Assembly: GCA_964557005.1 (NCBI GenBank)
Contig: CAZKYI010000004.1
Coordinates: forward strand, 38,111-102,110
Direction of reading: 5' to 3'
DNA length: 64,000 bases
Source of the DNA: an uncultured Pseudomonadales bacterium
GTDB taxonomy: Bacteria > Pseudomonadota > Gammaproteobacteria > Pseudomonadales > JBECKS01
The notes below the pieces were generated by a model. That model was given only the letters and a program-made list of their open reading frames with translations. It did no database searches and had not been told where the DNA came from. Below, piece after piece: positions 58,543 to 64,000 of the stretch (position 1 is the stretch's first letter; each line of letters opens with the position of its first letter). The position numbers and the translations under genes were made by a program.

Positions 58543-60181
58543 ACACCGCCTCCTTGAATGGCTCGATACCTACGCGGCGATAAGTATGCAGGAAAGTCTC
58601 ACCTTCAATGCGTGAGGCCACGAACACTTCGATGATTTGTTCAATCACATCGGCAACTTCACTTTCCTTGAAAGAAGGGCCAATGATATTGCCGATGCTG
58701 GTATCTGCGGTGGAATTTCCACCCAGTGATACCTGATAAAATTCCTCACCTTTTTTATCGACTCCGAGAATACCAATATGACCAACATGGTGATGACCAC
58801 AGGCATTCATACAGCCTGAGATATTCAAATCGAGTGGGCCTAAATCAAACAAATAATCCAGATCATCAAAACGGCGCTGGATTTGTTCGGCAATGGGAAT
58901 GGATTTGGCATTAGCCAGAGAACAATAATCTCCACCCGGGCAGCAGATAATGTCATTGAGCAACCCGATGTTCGGGTTTGCAAAACCGAGCGCATCTATT
59001 TTTTGCCATAGCTCAAACAATTTTCTCTGTTCGACATAAGGCAGCACCATGTTTTGTTCATGTGTGGTTCTGATTTCACCAAAACTGTAATCATCGGCCA
59101 AGTCTGCCAAGGCTTCCAGTTCGGCATCACTGACATCACCTGGTGCAATGCCCGTTTTTTTCAGGCTCAGCACAACAGCGGCATAGCCAGACATTTTATG
59201 CTGTTTAACATTTTGTCGGTGCCAGCGTTTGAAAGCGCTGTTGTTTTGCAGTGCTTCATCAAGTTCTGTGGGATTGTTGGGTAAATCCGCGTAAGCAGGG
59301 CCAGTAAAATATTCTGCAACGCGCTCAAATTCCTGTTTGGGAAGTTTGAGTTGTTCACGATTGAGTGCCCAATCCTGTTCCACCAGTTCTTTGAAGGCTT
59401 CAACACCCATTGCACGCACCAGAATCTTGATACGTGCCTTGAATTTATTATCCCTGCGGCCAAGTTTGTTATACACGCGCACAATGGATTCGAGATAGGA
59501 AAGCAAATCTTCGGGTTCGATAAATTCGTGAATCATCGGCGCAATAACAGGCGTTCGCCCAAGACCACCACCCGCATAGATTTCAAAACCGCGTTTACCG
59601 TCTTTTTCGATTAAATACACGCCAATGTCATGAATTCTCACCGCAGCACGATCGTGTTCCTTGGCAGCGGAAACCGCAATCTTGAATTTTCTGGGCAGAA
59701 AATGAAATTCAGCGTGGAAGGTAGACCACTGGCGAATGATTTCGCAGTAGGGGCGTGGGTCTTCCAGTTCCTGTGGCGTAACTCCCGCCAGCTCATCGCT
59801 GGTGGTGTTACGAATACAGTTGCCCGAAGTTTGCACGGCGTGCATTTGTACGGAAGCCAGTTCCTGAAGAATGTCAGGCACTTGTGGCAGTGCTGGCCAG
59901 TTCAGTTGAATGTTTTGCCGTGTACTGACATGGGCATAACCCTTGTCATATTCGCGCGTAATGTGTGCAAGTTTGCGCAGTTTTTTGCTGCTCAAAGTGC
60001 CATAGGGCACGGCAATTCTGAGCATCGGTGCATGGCGTTGAACATAAAGTCCATTTTGCAGGCGGATAGGCAAAAATTGCGCATCAGTGATTTCGCCAGC
60101 CAGATAACGCTCGGTTTGACCACGAAATTGCGCTACTCGCTCGTTAATAATTTGCTGGTCGAATTCGTTGTATTGATACAT
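58520..60181 (-). CDS. cysI: sulfite reductase hemoprotein (nitrite/sulfite reductase family, siroheme-[4Fe-4S])
   Basis: Starts at the ATG at 60181 (MYQYNEFDQQ...) with a GGGAG Shine-Dalgarno upstream. The Cys clusters are CCPGGDYC and SGCMNACGHH. Confidence 0.92.
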   Translation of the reverse strand: MYQYNEFDQQIINERVAQFRGQTERYLAGEITDAQFLPIRLQNGLYVQRHAPMLRIAVPYGTLSSKKLRKLAHITREYDKGYAHVSTRQNIQLNWPALPQVPDILQELASVQMHAVQTSGNCIRNTTSDELAGVTPQELEDPRPYCEIIRQWSTFHAEFHFLPRKFKIAVSAAKEHDRAAVRIHDIGVYLIEKDGKRGFEIYAGGGLGRTPVIAPMIHEFIEPEDLLSYLESIVRVYNKLGRRDNKFKARIKILVRAMGVEAFKELVEQDWALNREQLKLPKQEFERVAEYFTGPAYADLPNNPTELDEALQNNSAFKRWHRQNVKQHKMSGYAAVVLSLKKTGIAPGDVSDAELEALADLADDYSFGEIRTTHEQNMVLPYVEQRKLFELWQKIDALGFANPNIGLLNDIICCPGGDYCSLANAKSIPIAEQIQRRFDDLDYLFDLGPLDLNISGCMNACGHHHVGHIGILGVDKKGEEFYQVSLGGNSTADTSIGNIIGPSFKESEVADVIEQIIEVFVASRIEGETFLHTYRRVGIEPFKEAVYANAHKK

Positions 60182-60288
60182 AAAAGTGGCTCCCAAGCCT
60201 TGCAGGCAGCGGATTATATGAACTCAAGCCTTATAAGCAAAGCATATTGAGTTGATAAGTTATTTCAAAAAAAACAATAAAAATAAGC

Positions 60289-63200
60289 CTAATAAGCCAA
60301 ATTCGGTGCAAGCCAGCGTTCAGCCTGTTCCATACTCATGCCTTTGCGTTTGGCGTAATCTTCAAGCTGATCCTGATTGATTTTACCCACGCCAAAGTAG
60401 GTGGAATCGGCATGTGAAAAATACAAACCACTCACCGAAGCCGCAGGCCACATGGCGAAATGTTCGGTAATGCTCACACCAATGCGTTTTTCAGCATCGA
60501 GCAAGCGAAACAGTGTGCCTTTTTCGGTGTGATCGGGGCAGGCAGGATAACCCGCAGCAGGGCGTATGCCCTGATATTTTTCTTTAATCAGTGCTTCGTT
60601 ATCGAGCGTTTCATGGCTGGCATAGCCCCAGAATTCCTTACGCACTCGCTGGTGCATATGTTCTGCAAAAGCTTCTGCCAAACGATCGGCCAATGCCTTG
60701 ACCATAATCGCACTGTAGTCGTCATTTTTTTGTTTGAAGGTTTGCGCATATTCTTCAGCGCCGATGCCTGTTGTTACCACAAAAGCGCCCAAATAATCTT
60801 CACCTTCGGGCGCAATAAAATCAGACAACGCATAGTTTGGTTTTCCACTGACATGCTCGGTTTGCTGACGTAAAAAATGAAAGGTATCCAATGGCTTTTC
60901 TTTGTTTTCATCTTCGTAAATTACGACATCATCACCCGTTGCATTGGCAGGCCAGAAGGCAATCACTGCGCGTGCTTTTAAAATTTTGTTTTCAATCATG
61001 TGCTTGAGCATGGTTTGCGCATCATTAAATAAATTCCGTGCTGCTTCGCCTACCACTTCATCTTCAAGAATTTTTGGATATTTCCCCGCCAAACTCCACG
61101 AAATAAAAAACGGTGTCCAGTCGATATAAGCGAGCAGGGCATTCAAATCATAATCATCGAAAACTTTGGTGCCGATAAATGCAGGCTTATAGCGAGGTGA
61201 ATTAAGCCAATCAATCGGTGCTTTTAACTGGCGAATTTTTTCAAGCGAGAGTATTTTTCCTTTTGGTTTTCTATTGGCATTTCGTTCTCGCACTTTTTCA
61301 TATTCGCTTTTGGTTTCTGCAATAAATTCAGCTTTGGCGGTGTCGCTTAACAATTTGCTCGCTACGCCGACACTGCGCGACGCATCGGCCACATAGATAA
61401 CAGCATCGTTATGGTAAGCAGGTTCAATTTTTACCGCAGTGTGTGCCTTGGAAGTGGTAGCGCCACCAATCAAAAGGGGTAATTGAAAATCCAGCCGTTG
61501 CATTTCTTTGGCAACATGCACCATTTCATCAAGCGATGGGGTGATTAAACCGCTTAACCCGATAATATCAACTTGATGCGCTTTGGCTTCTGCAAGAATT
61601 TTTTCGCATGGCACCATCACGCCCAAATCAATCACTTCGTAGTTATTGCACTGCAACACCACACCAACAATATTTTTACCAATATCGTGTACGTCACCTT
61701 TTACGGTGGCGAGCAAAATTTTTCCCTTGGCTTCAACATGACCGGATTTTTCAGCCTCAATAAACGGCATTAAATAGGCCACTGCCTGTTTCATCACACG
61801 CGCACTTTTAACGACTTGCGGTAAAAACATTTTTCCGGAACCGAATAAATCGCCCACCACATTCATGCCGTCCATCAGCGCGCCTTCAATTACATCAAGC
61901 GGTTTTTTGGCTTGTTGTCGAGCTTCTTCGGTATCCGCTTCTATATAAGTGGTAATGCCTTTAACAAGAGAATGCTCAAGACGTTTGACTACAGGCAGCT
62001 TGCGCCATTCATCGTCTTCTTTTTTCGCTTCTTTTTCATCTCCACGAAAAGTTTCGGCAAGCGTGGTGAGAATTTCGGTCGGGCTTTCGCCAGAGGTAGC
62101 AGGGCGATTGAGAATCACATCTTCAACTGCTTTTTTCAGTTGTGGATTGATTTGTTCGTAAACTTCAAGCTGACCTGCATTGACGATGCCCATGCTCAGT
62201 CCCGCCTGAATGGCGTGATATAAAAACACTGCATGTATGGCTTCGCGCACGGGATTATTACCGCGAAACGAAAACGACACATTACTCACACCACCGGAGC
62301 TGAGCGCGTAGGGCAGTTCTTTTTTGATGTAGGCGCAGGCGTTAATGAAATCGACGGCGTAGTTGTTATGCTCATCGATACCTGTTGCCACTGCAAAAAT
62401 ATTGGCATCAAAAATAATATCCTGTGGTGGAAAACCCACTTTATTCACCAGAATATCGTAAGAGCGTTTGCAGATTTCTTTTTTACGCGCTTCGGTATCG
62501 GCTTGTCCTGTTTCATCAAAGGCCATCACCACCACCGCAGCACCATAGGCCATGCAATCTTTGGCACGCGCAATAAATTCCGCTTCACCTTCTTTCAGGC
62601 TGATGGAATTCACAATCGATTTACCCTGAATACAACGCAAGCCTGCTTCGATGATTTCCCACTTCGAGGAATCCACCATAATCGGCACCTTGCTGATGTC
62701 GGGTTCCGAAGCCACCAGATTCAAAAATTTCACCATCGCAGCTAAGGAATCAAGCATGCCTTCGTCCATGTTGATGTCGATGACTTGTGCGCCTGCTTCC
62801 ACTTGTTCGCGTGCAATCTCCAGAGCGGTGTTGAAATCTTCTTCTACAATCAAACGCTTGAATTTGGCTGAACCTGTGACGTTGGTTCTTTCACCCACAT
62901 TCACAAACAAACTGTTGCGTGTGATGGTAAATGGCTCCAGACCACTTAAGCGGCAAGCAGGTTCAATGTCAGGAATGCTGCGCGGTTTTTGTTGCTTCGC
63001 TGCTTGTGCAAACAAACGAATATGTTCAGGGCTGGTACCACAACAACCGCCAAGAATGTTCACCAGTCCACTGTGCATAAATTCATTCACCACCGAACAC
63101 ATTTCTTCGGGTGTTTCATCATATTCACCGAATTCGTTGGGCAAGCCTGCATTCGGGTGTGCACTCACATACACATTGGCGATTTTGGAAAGTGTTTCTA

Positions 63201-63987
63201 CGTAAGGGCGTAACTCTGCGGCACCGAGTGCGCAGTTCAAACCAATCGACAGTGGTTTGGCATGTGCCACCGAATTCCAGAATGCTTCTGTGGTTTGTCC
63301 ACTCAGCACACGGCCACTGGCATCGGTAATGGTGCCAGAAATCATCAAAGGCAAATCAAGCTGTTCCCGCTCGCAGTATTTAATGAAGGCATAAATGGCG
63401 GCCTTGGCGTTGAGCGTATCGAATACGGTTTCAATCAAAATAATATCGGCACCGCCTTCGAGCAAACCTTCCAGCGCTTCGGTGTAATAGGCTTCCAGTT
63501 CGCCAAAGGTAATGTTGCGTGCGCCAGGATCATTCACATCGGGCGAAAGTGTAGCGGTGCGCGAAGTGGGGCCTAATACGCCCGCGACAAAACGCGGTTT
63601 GTCAGGATTAAGTTGCGTGAATTCATCACATACTTCTTTGGCAATGCGTGCGGCTTGCACGTTGAATTCTCTCGCCAGATGCGCCATATCGTAATCAGCC
63701 AGTGATACACGATTGGAATTGAAGGTGTTGGTTTCGATGATGTCTGCACCCGCTTCAAGGTAGGCGCGATGAATGCCCTGAATGATTTCGGGCTGGGTGA
63801 GCGAAAGCAAATCATTGTTACCCGCCAGATCAGTATGGAAATCAGCAAAGCGTTTTCCGCGAAAATCAGCTTCTTGCAGCTTGTATTGTTGAATCATGGT
63901 GCCCATTGCGCCATCAAGAATAAGCACACGCTCTGTAAGGATTTTCTGCAACAAGATTTTGGTAGGGGAAGCGGGTATTTGTAGCAC
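60289..63987 (-). CDS. metH: cobalamin-dependent methionine synthase
   Basis: 1232 aa and full length. It has an Hcy-binding N-domain, a pterin-binding domain, the B12-binding motif DVHDIGKN and a C-terminal AdoMet activation domain. The GTG start sits at the window edge. Confidence 0.96.
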   Translation of the reverse strand: MLQIPASPTKILLQKILTERVLILDGAMGTMIQQYKLQEADFRGKRFADFHTDLAGNNDLLSLTQPEIIQGIHRAYLEAGADIIETNTFNSNRVSLADYDMAHLAREFNVQAARIAKEVCDEFTQLNPDKPRFVAGVLGPTSRTATLSPDVNDPGARNITFGELEAYYTEALEGLLEGGADIILIETVFDTLNAKAAIYAFIKYCEREQLDLPLMISGTITDASGRVLSGQTTEAFWNSVAHAKPLSIGLNCALGAAELRPYVETLSKIANVYVSAHPNAGLPNEFGEYDETPEEMCSVVNEFMHSGLVNILGGCCGTSPEHIRLFAQAAKQQKPRSIPDIEPACRLSGLEPFTITRNSLFVNVGERTNVTGSAKFKRLIVEEDFNTALEIAREQVEAGAQVIDINMDEGMLDSLAAMVKFLNLVASEPDISKVPIMVDSSKWEIIEAGLRCIQGKSIVNSISLKEGEAEFIARAKDCMAYGAAVVVMAFDETGQADTEARKKEICKRSYDILVNKVGFPPQDIIFDANIFAVATGIDEHNNYAVDFINACAYIKKELPYALSSGGVSNVSFSFRGNNPVREAIHAVFLYHAIQAGLSMGIVNAGQLEVYEQINPQLKKAVEDVILNRPATSGESPTEILTTLAETFRGDEKEAKKEDDEWRKLPVVKRLEHSLVKGITTYIEADTEEARQQAKKPLDVIEGALMDGMNVVGDLFGSGKMFLPQVVKSARVMKQAVAYLMPFIEAEKSGHVEAKGKILLATVKGDVHDIGKNIVGVVLQCNNYEVIDLGVMVPCEKILAEAKAHQVDIIGLSGLITPSLDEMVHVAKEMQRLDFQLPLLIGGATTSKAHTAVKIEPAYHNDAVIYVADASRSVGVASKLLSDTAKAEFIAETKSEYEKVRERNANRKPKGKILSLEKIRQLKAPIDWLNSPRYKPAFIGTKVFDDYDLNALLAYIDWTPFFISWSLAGKYPKILEDEVVGEAARNLFNDAQTMLKHMIENKILKARAVIAFWPANATGDDVVIYEDENKEKPLDTFHFLRQQTEHVSGKPNYALSDFIAPEGEDYLGAFVVTTGIGAEEYAQTFKQKNDDYSAIMVKALADRLAEAFAEHMHQRVRKEFWGYASHETLDNEALIKEKYQGIRPAAGYPACPDHTEKGTLFRLLDAEKRIGVSITEHFAMWPAASVSGLYFSHADSTYFGVGKINQDQLEDYAKRKGMSMEQAERWLAPNLAY

Positions 63988-64000
63988 GTTCGTTCCTGCT

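Noticed and set aside
1-64000. Window-wide look for rRNA, tRNA, CRISPR arrays, IS elements, integrases, toxin-antitoxin or known defence-gene signatures
   Set aside because: None was recognised by eye in any intergenic region or ORF translation. Small RNAs or degenerate elements could still be missed without covariance-model or database searches.

Overview
By eye this window has about 45% GC. Its gene order resembles a Pseudomonas-type gammaproteobacterial chromosome: leuCDB-asd-fimV-truA-trpF...folC-dedD-cvpA-purF-metZ-rnk-purT, then mltD-methyltransferase-rnhA-dnaQ-fimL-like. About 55 densely packed CDSs are supported, and most are housekeeping genes (thiolase, htpG, gpsA, sixA, folE, prmB, aroC, leu, trp, pur and met genes, LPS heptose genes, glyQS, sohB, cysI, metH). 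All functional calls rest on motifs read from the supplied translations and on remembered family signatures, because no database search was possible. I found no rRNA, tRNA, CRISPR array, integrase, transposase or recognisable defence-system gene. The clearly accessory part is about 30.7-38.9 kb, between purT and the LPS-core genes. It holds a small membrane ORF, a cytochrome P450 divergent from an extended SDR, a visibly AT-rich 934-aa FG-GAP repeat surface protein, a crotonase and a type-B carboxylesterase. The most interesting observation is that the FG-GAP gene sits inside the wreck of a second purT copy. A 5' remnant (33365-33530) still has its ATG overlapping the SDR stop codon. A 3' remnant (about 36470-36556) ends 21 nt before the crotonase start. 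Their differences from the intact purT at 29479-30672 fall mostly at synonymous positions. Secondary points are an orphan MoxR/VWA pair, a dimeric (Thermus/Gram-positive type) GlyRS, a translationally coupled DUF2505-like/GH29 fucosidase pair whose 3' end overlaps aroC, three poly-C tracts early in fimV, and several unassigned membrane proteins. I cannot show that any of these is a new multi-gene system, and the claims are graded accordingly.
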